Notes: generated by a model not told the origin, from the sequence alone. A stretch of DNA of 64,000 nt from Candidatus Latescibacterota bacterium (GCA_965116885.1 OZ220741.1:1600001-1664000), one strand, 5' to 3'; shown: positions 27,545-37,733, numbered from the stretch's first letter. Numbers and translations are program-made.

Positions 27545-27621
27545 AAGTTTTCAAAAATCCCATAACTACTTGCAGGAGAGCGTGTTTTTAAAAAATGCCG
27601 CGAAAAGGACATGTGGGAAAC

Positions 27622-27658
27622 TGTTTCATATGACACAGTAAGTGTTTCATTTGAAACA
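27622..27658. promoter_or_regulatory. Two enhancer-like UAS palindromes (TGT-N10-ACA)
   Basis: TGTTTCATATGACACA and TGTTTCATTTGAAACA, 21 bp apart, ~80-115 bp upstream of the -24 box. Confidence 0.65.
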
Positions 27659-27681
27659 GGGGAATTACAGAGGAGAGTACA

Positions 27682-27713
27682 CAAAAAATGCCCTGAAGAA
27701 CACAGGGCATTTT
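27682..27713 (-). terminator. Intrinsic terminator downstream of pyrK / candidate sRNA
   Basis: AAAATGCCCTG-N7-CAGGGCATTTTTT on the minus strand. Confidence 0.75.
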
Positions 27714-27827
27714 GGAGGGTGATTATTGTAGGCATTCTTCAATTGCCTACAAGGCAGGTCTTAGAGTTTGATCACGGCAATGAGAATGCCCGTTATACAG
27801 CAAAAAGTCAATGGACTATGCCCGCTT

Positions 27828-28628
27828 TCACCACACAATTTCGTGGGCGTTGAGGACGGGTCCTTCGAGGCAGACGCAGCGATAGCGGCGGTCTTCGGTG
27901 GGGTAGGTTTTGTATTCGACTACGCATCCGACACAGGCGCCAAAACCGCAGGCCATGTGGTTTTCGAGGGAGGCAAAGCAGGGGGTGTTTAATTCGGCGG
28001 CGATATGGGCGACGCGCGCCATCATGGGATGGGGACCACAGGTGAGGATGGTGGTGTGGTTTGGGAGGGTGTGCTCGGCAATGAGTTCGGTGACAAAGCC
28101 GCGGTGTCCTGTGCTGCCGTCATCAGTGGCGATGTGGAGGGGTAGGTCGGCGGGTAAGAGCGCAGACATGTCGGGCAGGCGCGCGGCATTTGCTGCGCCC
28201 ATGAGGTAGATCATGTCGGGACGGCGGTCGGGGTGTTCCCACGCCAAAAATGCGAGGGGAACGAGGCCGACGCCACCGGCGACGAGGAGGATGCGTTTGG
28301 ATTTTGGAGGGTCGAAAGGACGACCCAGTGGTCCGCTGACGTCAAATTGGTCGCCGCATTGGGCATGGGATAAGCGCTCGGTGCCGGGTCCGATTACGTC
28401 GTAGATGAGGTCGAGCCACCCAGCTTTGCGATCTGCGCGCAATACGCTGAAGGGACGGCGGAGATATGGGGAGAGATTAGGATCAGTCAGGATTTGCAGG
28501 AATTGCGCGGGGCGAGAGGTGGTCGCGAGCCGGGGCGCATGCAGGCGCATGAGATATACGCCCTGTGCAATGGGATCATTTTTTTGTACAGTGGCAGGTT
28601 CGGAGATGAAGTTTGGGATTTCGGGCAT
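27828..28628 (-). CDS. pyrK: Dihydroorotate dehydrogenase electron transfer subunit
   Basis: LRRPFS, GPLG, AGGVG, CGP..MM, MACGFGACVGC, VCLEGPV. Confidence 0.93.
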   Translation of the reverse strand: MPEIPNFISEPATVQKNDPIAQGVYLMRLHAPRLATTSRPAQFLQILTDPNLSPYLRRPFSVLRADRKAGWLDLIYDVIGPGTERLSHAQCGDQFDVSGPLGRPFDPPKSKRILLVAGGVGLVPLAFLAWEHPDRRPDMIYLMGAANAARLPDMSALLPADLPLHIATDDGSTGHRGFVTELIAEHTLPNHTTILTCGPHPMMARVAHIAAELNTPCFASLENHMACGFGACVGCVVEYKTYPTEDRRYRCVCLEGPVLNAHEIVW

Positions 28629-28631
28629 TAT

Positions 28632-30725
28632 CTACTCTGGTGGTTCAAAATAGATGGATATGTTTATCCACATGTCGCGCGGCACGTCTTCGTGTATTCC
28701 AGGTTCAAAGGTGTATTGCTGTACGGCTTTTACTGCGGCGCTGTGAAATAATTCGGGTCCCGAGGTTACATGGACTTCGCCCACGCTGCCGTTTTTTAAG
28801 ATCAGCAAGCGCAGGATGACTGTGGTGGGTTTGCCATCGGCTCTGGCTTCTTCGGGGTATTCGGGCTCGATTTCTTCTACGACCTGAGGTTCTTCATCGG
28901 CATCTACGGCTTCCATGATACCGCCTCCGATAATGACATCGGGTTTGAAGGCGGGTTTTGGGGGAGGTGTTTTTTGTGTTCTAAGCTCTGATATATCAGT
29001 ATCTGTTATATCAGACCGCGTTGTGTCGGGCTGGGTATCCGACGGTTGCGTTTGGGTGGAATCTGCTGGCTCAGGCGGGGGGTCGAGAAATTTGCCCTTG
29101 AGTTTGTCGGTTGCAATTTTGCCGTATTGTGTCAGGGGATATCGCTCCTGCACTTGTTCGTAAATGGTTTTTGCCTGTTCGCGTTGGTCCAGATCGTTTT
29201 CATAGGTCCAGGCGAGGGCAAAAAGTGCCTGTGGCGCAAAGAGGCTGTTGGGATATTCGTCGGCTATTTGTCGATAGATGGGTGCAATATCCTGTGCGGG
29301 TGTGCCTTCCTGGATGCGTTTTTCAGCTTCGAGAAATCGCGTTTCAGCCTGGGCATCATCGTCGCGATTTTGATTGAGGCGCGTCCTGGCTTCAATGGTA
29401 TAAGGCGTGTTGGGATGTCGGTCGAGGAGCAGTTGGAATTGTTCGCGCGCTGCGGGTTCATTTTTCAGGCTGTCGGCATAAATAAGCCCGATGGCATAAT
29501 GCGCTTTGGGTGCGAGATCAGAACTGTCGGATAGGGTCAATACGCGCTGATAAATACTCAGGGCCGAATCGGGTTCGCCGAGATTAAAGAGGTATAGTTC
29601 AGCGAGATCAAAAAGCGGTCCCAATGCTTTTTGTGGGTCTTCGGCTTTTTCGATCTGACTTTGATAGCGTTCGAGTGCTACGAGGTCTTTTTGCCGTTGC
29701 AAAGCGAGTTTGCCCTCGTCTGAACTTCTATCTTCGCGAACGGCTTTTTCAAATAGTTCTTTGGCTTTTTCCAGGTTTTTACGCGATTTTTGTTCGATGA
29801 GGCCCAGGCGATAAAAAGCTTCTGCGCTGTATTCGCTACGGGGATATTTTTTTCCGACATCACTGTAAATTTCTTCCGCAGTTTCAACTTGATCTTTCAG
29901 TTGGTATATAAGCGCCTGTTTGAGGCGGATTTCGGCTTCGTAAATGCGAAGCCGTTTGATTTTTAATATTTTTTTATAGGTGTCCAATGCCTCGTCGTAT
30001 TTCTGCTGGCGCTCGAGGGTTTCGCCAATTTTGACGCGGGTTTCAAAATTTGTTCTGGTATCGGGTTTTGATTTTAGCACGTTTTTGTAGGCTTCAAGTG
30101 CTTCATCGTATCGGTTTAATTCGAGGAGGTTATTGCCCACGCCTTGCCAGGCCCGCGCGCGCAATTTGTGCTTTTTGTCGAGTGTTTCGAGTAGTGTCTT
30201 ATAGGATATAATCGCGTCTTCTCTATTGCCCTGCGAGGCCTCCATTTCCGCGAGTGCCAAATTTGATAGGCCGTACAACTCCGGATCGGTTTTTTTGTCG
30301 AAAAGAGAAAATGTAGTCCGCGCTTCATTGGTGCGATTCATTGCCCAGAGTGCGAGGCCCTGCCAGTAGCGCGTTTCGGGGATTAGTTCACTTTGTGGGA
30401 AGAGTTTTTGCAGTTCCTGAAATTTGGTCAGTGCTTCGGCGTAGTCTGCGCGCCAATAAGACGCTTTGCCGATGAGTAGCAGACTGTCGTCGAACCATTT
30501 GCTATCGGGAAAGTATTTGAGCACGATGGATGCTTTGACAATGGCCCGCTGGTAGAGCGCGCGATAGGTCGCAGGCGTTATTCGGCTGCCGGGATTTTCG
30601 GATTCGACGCGTTTTAGTTCGGCAATATTGTAATGTTGTTTGGCATTGTAAAAAGTGTTGTAGTACACACTTTTGCAAGCCAGACAGAGGAAGCAGATGG
30701 ACGCGATGTAGATGAGACGAGACAT
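28632..30725 (-). CDS. TPR-repeat lipoprotein with C-terminal TonB domain
   Basis: Lipobox-like CLAC; YYNTFYNAK N-terminus; many TPRs; Pro-rich linker; PEYPEEAR...AVKAVQQYTFEPG. Confidence 0.85.
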   Translation of the reverse strand: MSRLIYIASICFLCLACKSVYYNTFYNAKQHYNIAELKRVESENPGSRITPATYRALYQRAIVKASIVLKYFPDSKWFDDSLLLIGKASYWRADYAEALTKFQELQKLFPQSELIPETRYWQGLALWAMNRTNEARTTFSLFDKKTDPELYGLSNLALAEMEASQGNREDAIISYKTLLETLDKKHKLRARAWQGVGNNLLELNRYDEALEAYKNVLKSKPDTRTNFETRVKIGETLERQQKYDEALDTYKKILKIKRLRIYEAEIRLKQALIYQLKDQVETAEEIYSDVGKKYPRSEYSAEAFYRLGLIEQKSRKNLEKAKELFEKAVREDRSSDEGKLALQRQKDLVALERYQSQIEKAEDPQKALGPLFDLAELYLFNLGEPDSALSIYQRVLTLSDSSDLAPKAHYAIGLIYADSLKNEPAAREQFQLLLDRHPNTPYTIEARTRLNQNRDDDAQAETRFLEAEKRIQEGTPAQDIAPIYRQIADEYPNSLFAPQALFALAWTYENDLDQREQAKTIYEQVQERYPLTQYGKIATDKLKGKFLDPPPEPADSTQTQPSDTQPDTTRSDITDTDISELRTQKTPPPKPAFKPDVIIGGGIMEAVDADEEPQVVEEIEPEYPEEARADGKPTTVILRLLILKNGSVGEVHVTSGPELFHSAAVKAVQQYTFEPGIHEDVPRDMWINISIYFEPPE

Positions 30726-30730
30726 GGGAT

Positions 30731-32542
30731 TTAAGAAGTATGAAAGTCCTGGAGTGAACGGATGCGAATTGCGCTGTTGTTTTTGAGCGATTGGATGCCG
30801 GCAACAGCCGCCGCCGCGCCCGATAAGGTGGTTGTGTAGGGCAGGCCGTATTGAACGGCGGCCTTGCGAATTTCGGGGTCGGCGGCTTGAGATTGTTCTC
30901 CTGCGGGCGTGTTGATCATGAGAGAAATTTCGCCGTTTTTGATGGCGTCGAGGATATTTGGGCGCCCTTCCTGAATTTTGAAGATCAGGTTGCAGGCTAT
31001 GTTGTGGTTTTGGAGAAAGGCGCGAGTGCCTCGGGTGGCAATCAGGCGAAAATTCATGTCAGATAGTTGTTGGGCAATCGGTATAAGTCCTTCTTTGTCG
31101 TGGTCGTTGACGCTCAAAAATACGGTTCCGTCCTGGGGCAGGCGCACGCCTGCACCGAGTTGCGCTTTTTGAAAGCTGAGGCCAAAGTCGGTATCTATGC
31201 CCATGACTTCGCCCGTGGATTTCATTTCGGGACCGAGTACGGTGTCAACGCCGGGAAATTTGTTGAAGGGCAAGACTGCTTCTTTGACGGCAATGTGGTT
31301 GATGGGCACTTCTCGGGTAAACCCCTGTTCTTTGAGTGTGCGTCCGACCATTGCGCGGACAGCGACTTTTGCCAGGGGCACGCCGATGGCTTTGCTGACA
31401 AAGGGCACTGTGCGCGATGCTCTCGGGTTGACTTCTATAATAAATACGTCTTCGCCTTGAATGGCAAACTGAATGTTCATGAGGCCAACTACGTTGAGTG
31501 CTCTGGCCAGGGCGCGCGTGTGGCTTCGCAGCTCATTGAGGTTGGTGTCGGAGATCTGATATGGGGGCAAGACACAGGCGCTATCGCCAGAGTGAACGCC
31601 CGCGCTTTCGATGTGTTGCATGATGCCGCCGATGACGACTGCTGTTGGGTCTGCTACGGCATCGACATCAAATTCGTGTGCGTCTTCTAAGAACCGGTCG
31701 ATGAGGATGGGCCGTTCAGGAGAGGCTTCTATTGCATTGCGCATATAGGCGATGAGGGCTTCGCGGTCATATACGATTGCCATTGCGCGGCCTCCGAGTA
31801 CGTAAGAGGGACGCACGAGGACTGGATATCCGATTTGTTCGGCTATGGCGATTGCTTCGTCGGTGCTTACTGCGGTGCCGTTTTCGGGTTGTCGTATGCC
31901 CAGTTCTTTGATGAGTGCGCCAAAGCGCTTGCGGTCTTCGGCCAGGTCGATTGCGTCGGGCGATGTGCCGGCGATGTTGAGGCCCCCGCGTTCGAGGTCG
32001 CGCGCGAGGTTGAGCGGTGTTTGTCCGCCGAATTGAACAATGACGCCGTCGGGTTGTTCAATATCGGCAATGCTGAGTACGTCTTCGGCGGTGAGCGGTT
32101 CAAAGTAGAGTTTGTCAGATGTGTCGTAGTCGGTGGAGACGGTTTCGGGGTTGGAGTTGACCATGATGGTCTCAAACCCGTCTTCTTTGAGGGCATAGGA
32201 GGCGTGGCAACAACAATAGTCGAATTCAATGCCCTGTCCAATGCGATTGGGACCGCCGCCCAGGATCATGATTTTTTGGCGATCGGATCGGATGGCTTCG
32301 TTGTCTGTCTCATAGGTCGAATAGTGATACGGTGTATAGGCTTCAAATTCGGCGGCGCATGTATCTACGGTTTTGAATACGGGCGCGACGCCGAGTTCTT
32401 TTCGCAGGGCGCGAACAGTCCATTCGTCACTTTGCCACAGGTGTGCCAGTTGGCGGTCAGAGAAGCCGTGGCGTTTGGCTTTGAGCAGGTCTGCGCGAGA
32501 TATACGCGATTTTAAGGTATTGAGCGTGTGCTGTTTTGTCAT
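30731..32542 (-). CDS. carB: Carbamoyl-phosphate synthase large chain, C-terminal part
   Basis: GFSDRQLA, VDTCAAEF, GGPNRIGQGIEFDY, EVNPRASRT, EMKSTGEVM, MGS domain. Confidence 0.95.
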   Translation of the reverse strand: MTKQHTLNTLKSRISRADLLKAKRHGFSDRQLAHLWQSDEWTVRALRKELGVAPVFKTVDTCAAEFEAYTPYHYSTYETDNEAIRSDRQKIMILGGGPNRIGQGIEFDYCCCHASYALKEDGFETIMVNSNPETVSTDYDTSDKLYFEPLTAEDVLSIADIEQPDGVIVQFGGQTPLNLARDLERGGLNIAGTSPDAIDLAEDRKRFGALIKELGIRQPENGTAVSTDEAIAIAEQIGYPVLVRPSYVLGGRAMAIVYDREALIAYMRNAIEASPERPILIDRFLEDAHEFDVDAVADPTAVVIGGIMQHIESAGVHSGDSACVLPPYQISDTNLNELRSHTRALARALNVVGLMNIQFAIQGEDVFIIEVNPRASRTVPFVSKAIGVPLAKVAVRAMVGRTLKEQGFTREVPINHIAVKEAVLPFNKFPGVDTVLGPEMKSTGEVMGIDTDFGLSFQKAQLGAGVRLPQDGTVFLSVNDHDKEGLIPIAQQLSDMNFRLIATRGTRAFLQNHNIACNLIFKIQEGRPNILDAIKNGEISLMINTPAGEQSQAADPEIRKAAVQYGLPYTTTLSGAAAAVAGIQSLKNNSAIRIRSLQDFHTS

Positions 32543-32544
32543 GG

Positions 32545-33993
32545 TTAGTCCATTAGAGCGGCGAGTTCTTTTTCGACTTCGACGAGTTGTCGCATGTTGT
32601 CGAGAAAATAGGGATCAATTTTGGTGGCGTCGAATATTTCCTGTACGGATAATCCCGCGTCATAAGCCGTTTTGAGATAGGCCAATCGCTGCGAGTTGGG
32701 TTCGCGCAGGCCGCGTTCGAGGGCTTCGCGCGAGAGGGTGTTGGGATGGATGTCTTTGCCGTCGGCACCAAATCCCGCACGCCCGATTTCGAGAGAGCGC
32801 AAGCCTTTTTGCAGTGCTTCTTTAAACGTGCGACCTATGGCCATGGTTTCACCTACGGATTTCATTTGTGTGCCCAACAAATCATCGGTTTGGGGAAACT
32901 TTTCAAATGTCCAGCGCGGGATTTTGATAACGCAATAGTCGATGGTGGGTTCAAATGAGGCGGGCGTTTCGCGCGTGATGTCGTTTTGAATTTCGTCCAG
33001 GGTGTATCCAATGGCGAGTTTGGCGGCTATTTTGGCTATGGGAAAGCCCGTGGCTTTTGAGGCGAGTGCGGAACTGCGGGATACGCGGGGGTTCATTTCT
33101 ATGACGACGCGTCGGCCCGTGTTGGGATCTACTGCAAACTGAATGTTGGAGCCGCCGGTTTCTACACCAATTTCGCGGATACAGGCGATGGCGTCATCGC
33201 GCATTTCCTGATATTCTTTGTCGGTGAGCGTTTGCGCAGGTGCCACGGTGATGGAGTCGCCCGTGTGTACGCCCATGGGATCGAAGTTTTCTATGGAGCA
33301 GATGATGACGACGTTGTCGTTTTGATCGCGCATGACTTCGAGTTCAAATTCTTTCCAGCCGATGATGGACTCTTCTACGAGGATCTCTGTGGTGGGTGAT
33401 AGGCTGAGTCCGTGTGCCGCAGCGTGTCTGAATTCTTCGATGTTGTACGCGGTGCCAGCGCCTGTGCCGCCCAGGGTATAGGATGGGCGGATGATGGCAG
33501 GGAATCCGATTTCAGCCGTGATGTCGAGTGCTTCTTTGAGGGTGTAGGCAAATCGGCCTTTGGGGAAGTCGAGGCCGATTTTGTCCATGGCTTTTTGAAA
33601 GGCTTCGCGGTTTTCGGCTTTTTCAATGGCGTGTGGTTTTGCGCCGATCATTTCGACATCGAATTTTTCGAGTGTTCCCTGTTCGTGCAGGGCCATGGCG
33701 GTGTTGAGGCCCGTTTGTCCGCCCAGTGTTGGGAGGAGGGCGTCCGGGCGTTCTTTTTCGATGATGGCTGTGCATACTTCGGGTGTGACGGGTTCGACAT
33801 AAGTCTGGTCAGCCATTTCGGGGTCGGTCATGATGGTGGCGGGGTTGCTGTTGACCAGCACGACTTCGTATCCCTCTTCTTTTAGGGCTTTGCAGGCTTG
33901 TGTGCCGGAGTAGTCAAATTCACAGGCTTGTCCGATGACGATGGGACCAGAGCCGATGAGCATTATTTTTTTGAGGTCGGTTCGTTTGGGCAT
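32545..33993 (-). CDS. carB: Carbamoyl-phosphate synthase large chain, N-terminal part
   Basis: [47 protein letters not shown]. Confidence 0.95.
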   Translation of the reverse strand: MPKRTDLKKIMLIGSGPIVIGQACEFDYSGTQACKALKEEGYEVVLVNSNPATIMTDPEMADQTYVEPVTPEVCTAIIEKERPDALLPTLGGQTGLNTAMALHEQGTLEKFDVEMIGAKPHAIEKAENREAFQKAMDKIGLDFPKGRFAYTLKEALDITAEIGFPAIIRPSYTLGGTGAGTAYNIEEFRHAAAHGLSLSPTTEILVEESIIGWKEFELEVMRDQNDNVVIICSIENFDPMGVHTGDSITVAPAQTLTDKEYQEMRDDAIACIREIGVETGGSNIQFAVDPNTGRRVVIEMNPRVSRSSALASKATGFPIAKIAAKLAIGYTLDEIQNDITRETPASFEPTIDYCVIKIPRWTFEKFPQTDDLLGTQMKSVGETMAIGRTFKEALQKGLRSLEIGRAGFGADGKDIHPNTLSREALERGLREPNSQRLAYLKTAYDAGLSVQEIFDATKIDPYFLDNMRQLVEVEKELAALMD

Positions 33994-34044
33994 TGAGAGC
34001 TTTCAGTAGTTAGCGGTTGGCAAAAGGAATATATCCTGTGATGT

Positions 34045-34071
34045 GTAGGGGACGGCCCCTGTGCCGTCCCG
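34045..34071 (+). repeat. GTAG-type REP palindrome
   Basis: GTAGGGGACGGCCCCTGTGCCGTCCCG; exact reverse complement at 40983-41009. Confidence 0.8.
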
Positions 34072-34079
34072 TGCGTTGA

Positions 34080-35648
34080 TCATGTGAGTTGCAAGTCGAA
34101 ACACGCTGTGCTGTTGCGTATGTGGTGAATGGCGGCGGCAAAGTTTTCGATGATGTCACTGGCGATGAGGCTTATATGTCCGGTTTTTTTTGCTGCGATA
34201 TCGGCGGCGAGGCCGTGGAGATAGACGGCTGTGCATGCGGCGTCTGAGGGATTGAGTCCTTGACCGATGAGCGCGGCTATGAGGCCCGTGAGTACATCTC
34301 CTGTGCCGCCGGTGGCCATTCCCGGGTTGCCGGTCGGGTTGATGTGCGTTTTGCCTTCTGGCGTTGCGACGATGGTTGGCGCGCCTTTCAGGACTGTGGT
34401 GGCTTCGACGTGGGAAGCGAATTTCAGGACCAGAGCTATGGGGTCGCGCTGTATTTCGGCGATGCTACATTCGGTCAGGCGCGCAAATTCCCCGATGTGC
34501 GGGGTGAGTACCAGGGGTGTCTCGCAGGCGCGGATCGCATCGAGGTCGCAGGCGAGGGCGTTGAGTGCGTCGGCGTCGATGACTGCGGGACAAACGCAGT
34601 CGCGCACGAGGCGGCGGACGAGTTCGGCGGTTTCTCGATGGGTGCCTAAGCCTGGGCCAATGGCGATGCTGTCGGCTGTGCGACATGCGCGTTGTATATC
34701 GCCCCGGGCGCGCAGGGACAGGCATCTGATTTTTTTGACTTCGGGTAGCGGGTGGGTCATTGCTTCGGTGACTTTGATTTCGAGTATGTCGTTGAGGCTT
34801 TTGGGTACGCCGAGTGTGACGAGGCCCGCGCCTCCTTTGAGTGCCGCGTTTGCCGAGAGTGCCGCCGCGCCTGTGAGTCCCACTGATCCGGCGAGGATAT
34901 ACACTCTGCCGCAATCTCCTTTGTGGGCGTCGGGTTCCCGGTGGGGCAGCAGGCGAGCGCAGCGGCGGTTGTCTATCAGGTAGGTGCTGATGCGCTCGGG
35001 CTCAATTGCCGAGGGGGGGATCCCGATGTCGATGAGGTGCAATTTACCGCATTTGGCGCGTCCGGGGTAAAAGAAGTGTCCAATGCGAGGCAGTGCAAAT
35101 GTGACTGTGCATGTTGCGGTTGCACAGAGTTCTTCGATTTTGCCTGTGTCGGCGTTGAGTCCAGAGGGTATATCTACGGCGACGATGGGGCATTTGACGC
35201 GGGTAAGTGCGTCTATGAGGTCGGCGTATATGCCGCGGGGAGGCCCTTGAATGCCCGTGCCCAATAGGGCGTCAACGGCGATGTCGGCATTGGTGAGCGC
35301 GTTTTGTACTGTTGCGATGCGGTCAACTGACTGCACAATGTCCGGGGGCAGTCGGTCGAGGTTGGTTTTGGCATCGCCTGTTATTTCGCTGGCGGATGTG
35401 GCTGTGAACACCTGGACTTTTGCACCACTTTGGGCAACTTGTCTGGCGATGACAAAGCCGTCGCCGCCGTTGTTGCCTTTGCCACAGAGGATGACGATGT
35501 GCCGGTTTTGGAGTCCGCCCAACAGGTTTTCTACAACTTGGGTTACACCCTGGCCGGCGGCTTCCATAAGTTCAATGCTCGGCACACCACTGTCAATTGC
35601 CCGACGGTCAATGGATGCCATCTGGGAGCCGGTGATAAGCTCAGTCAT
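34080..35648 (-). CDS. nnr: Bifunctional NAD(P)H-hydrate epimerase/dehydratase
   Basis: GKGNNGGDG, DALLGTG, DIPSG, HKGDCG, IDADAL, TPHIGEF, MATGGTGDVL. Confidence 0.95.
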   Translation of the reverse strand: MTELITGSQMASIDRRAIDSGVPSIELMEAAGQGVTQVVENLLGGLQNRHIVILCGKGNNGGDGFVIARQVAQSGAKVQVFTATSASEITGDAKTNLDRLPPDIVQSVDRIATVQNALTNADIAVDALLGTGIQGPPRGIYADLIDALTRVKCPIVAVDIPSGLNADTGKIEELCATATCTVTFALPRIGHFFYPGRAKCGKLHLIDIGIPPSAIEPERISTYLIDNRRCARLLPHREPDAHKGDCGRVYILAGSVGLTGAAALSANAALKGGAGLVTLGVPKSLNDILEIKVTEAMTHPLPEVKKIRCLSLRARGDIQRACRTADSIAIGPGLGTHRETAELVRRLVRDCVCPAVIDADALNALACDLDAIRACETPLVLTPHIGEFARLTECSIAEIQRDPIALVLKFASHVEATTVLKGAPTIVATPEGKTHINPTGNPGMATGGTGDVLTGLIAALIGQGLNPSDAACTAVYLHGLAADIAAKKTGHISLIASDIIENFAAAIHHIRNSTACFDLQLT

Positions 35649-35848
35649 AGGGGAGGGTGCGAGGTTAAGTGCGCGGTGTGAGATTCTCTAAGTCATGTTA
35701 CAAGTTTGTGCCTAAAAATACAGGAAGGGCACGGGCAACGCAAACCCTTTTTTGGTGGTTGCAAGCATCGGAGATTATTGGATATGTGGTTGCTAAATAA
35801 AAGAAAAACAAAGTTTAAGTGTGGTGTAGCTGAAGTGATACAAACCGC

Positions 35849-35877
35849 TTGACAGAGATGGGGCGCTTGTCTATACT
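35849..35877 (+). promoter_or_regulatory. Sigma70 promoter of the tRNA-gltX operon
   Basis: TTGACA-N17-TATACT. Confidence 0.85.
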
Positions 35878-35890
35878 TTTCGGATGATGC

Positions 35891-35978
35891 GGTGGGGTGC
35901 GAGAGCGGTCGAATCGGGCGGTCTTGAAAACCGTTGACCCTCACGGGTCCGTGGGTTCGAATCCCACCCCCACCGCCA
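35891..35978 (+). tRNA. tRNA-Ser (TGA)
   Basis: Acceptor stem GGTGGGG/CCCCACC, anticodon loop CTTGAAA, long variable arm, GTTCGAATC, G73-CCA. Confidence 0.95.
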
Positions 35979-36035
35979 TTATATCTTGCATTTATACACT
36001 TCCTTTGTTACTTTCTGCTGTTCGTTTTTGTTCGC

Positions 36036-36128
<93 letters not shown>

Positions 36129-36149
36129 ATATTCACAGGTCGATTTTCG

Positions 36150-37571
36150 ATGTCGGATACGGTTTTGCGTTTTGCGCCGTCTCCCACTGGTGGATTTCAC
36201 GTGGGGAATGCGCGAACGGCGATTTTTAATCATCTTTACGCGAAGCACTATAAGGCAAAGTTGTTGTTGCGCGTGGAAGATACAGATCGAGAGCGTTTTA
36301 CAGAGTCGTCTCTTCAGACGATTCTGGATGGTTTGAACTGGCTCGGTGTTGATTTTGACGCCGAGCCAGTGTTTCAGTCGCGCAATGCCGAGGCGCATAA
36401 GCAGGCCGCAGCGCGTCTGGTGGAGACGGGTCATGCGTATTACGGCTATGAGACAGCCGAGGAGCTTGATGCGATGCGCCGGCAGGCACAGGTCGAGAAG
36501 CGGCGCGTGCGCTATAATCGGGATTTGACACCGGAACAGCAGGCGGCTTATGAGGCCGAGGGGCGGCCACGGGTTGTGCGGTTTAAGGTGCCTGCGGGTG
36601 AGACGGTCTGGCACGATCGCATTCGGGGTGTGCAGCGGTGGGATAATGCCGAGGTTGAGGATTTTGTTTTGTTGCGGCCCGATGGGTCCCCTGTTTACAA
36701 TCTTGCGGTGGTGGTGGATGATCGCGATATGGGTGTGAATCTGGTGTTGCGGTCTGCGGACCATTTGTCGAATACGCCCAAGCAAATTATGCTGTTTCAG
36801 GCATTGTCGTGGATGGTGCCGGAGTATGGGCATTCGACGCTGATTTTGGGTCCCGATGGCAGCAAGTTGTCCAAGCGCCACGGCGCGACGACGATTTCGG
36901 AGTATCGAGAGCGGGGATTTTTGTCGGATGCGATGTTCAATTATCTCGCGCTGTTGGGATGGGCGCCCGGGGATGAGCGCGAGGTGTTTGCGCGAGATGA
37001 GTTGACCGAGGCGTTTTCTGTTGCGGGGTTGCTCAAGAGAGATGCGGTTTTCGATGAGAAGAAGCTGGTCTGGCTCAATGGCGAGCATATGCGTCTTCGT
37101 CCGGTGGATGCGGTTCTGGATGATGCGATACCGATTTGGGTTGCGGAGGGGTGGCTTACGGAGGCAGAGGCTTCTGCGCGGTGGGATGAGTTGATGAAGG
37201 TTGCGGCGTTGTTGCAGCCGCGGTTGCATACGCTTGAGGATTTGCAGCATACGGGTTATTTTTTTGTGGATCCGGATGTGTATGATGCAAAGACGGCTAA
37301 GAAGAACTGGAAGACGGATACGCCCGAGCGCGTTGCGTTGATGATTGAGCGTTTGGAGGAGCTGGATTCGTTCGGTGAAGGCGATATTGAGGGTGTGACG
37401 CGCACACTGTCTGGTGAACTGGGGATTTCGGCTTCCAGGCTGATTCATCCGACGCGTCTCGCGCTTTGCGGCGTTGGGTTTGGGCCGGGGTTGTTTGAAC
37501 TGATGGCTGTGCTCGGAAGGGAGACGTGTATTCGCCGACTGAAAAAGGCTCTGGAGGTTTTGGGTTCGTGA
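36150..37571 (+). CDS. gltX: Glutamate--tRNA ligase
   Basis: RFAPSPTG, HVGN (HIGH), RVEDTD, KLSKRHG (KMSKS). Confidence 0.97.
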   Translation: MSDTVLRFAPSPTGGFHVGNARTAIFNHLYAKHYKAKLLLRVEDTDRERFTESSLQTILDGLNWLGVDFDAEPVFQSRNAEAHKQAAARLVETGHAYYGYETAEELDAMRRQAQVEKRRVRYNRDLTPEQQAAYEAEGRPRVVRFKVPAGETVWHDRIRGVQRWDNAEVEDFVLLRPDGSPVYNLAVVVDDRDMGVNLVLRSADHLSNTPKQIMLFQALSWMVPEYGHSTLILGPDGSKLSKRHGATTISEYRERGFLSDAMFNYLALLGWAPGDEREVFARDELTEAFSVAGLLKRDAVFDEKKLVWLNGEHMRLRPVDAVLDDAIPIWVAEGWLTEAEASARWDELMKVAALLQPRLHTLEDLQHTGYFFVDPDVYDAKTAKKNWKTDTPERVALMIERLEELDSFGEGDIEGVTRTLSGELGISASRLIHPTRLALCGVGFGPGLFELMAVLGRETCIRRLKKALEVLGS

Positions 37572-37608
37572 TGGGGAGCGTCATCCCGAAATTTTAACTA
37601 TATATTTT

Positions 37609-37682
37609 TGCCCCCTCGTCTAATGGCAAGACATGCGGCTCTGGACCGTAGGATCGGGGTTCGAATCCCTGGGGGGCAACCA
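37609..37682 (+). tRNA. tRNA-Gln (CTG)
   Basis: U1-A72 acceptor pair, anticodon loop CTCTGGA, GTTCGAATC, CCA end. Confidence 0.95.
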
Positions 37683-37698
37683 ATTTTTTTAATAATAG

Positions 37699-37733
37699 AA
37701 TGCCCCAGCATCGTTGTGCTGGGGCATATTTTT
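37699..37733 (+). terminator. Intrinsic terminator after tRNA-Gln
   Basis: ATGCCCCAGCA-TCGTTG-TGCTGGGGCAT-ATTTTT. Confidence 0.8.

Noticed and set aside
32540..32580. Programmed -1 frameshift joining the carB halves
   Set aside because: No canonical slippery heptamer in the correct phase, and the bridging peptide is not CarB-like
35891..35978. tRNA-Sec
   Set aside because: Anticodon is TGA (Ser), not TCA, and the acceptor stem is a normal 7 bp
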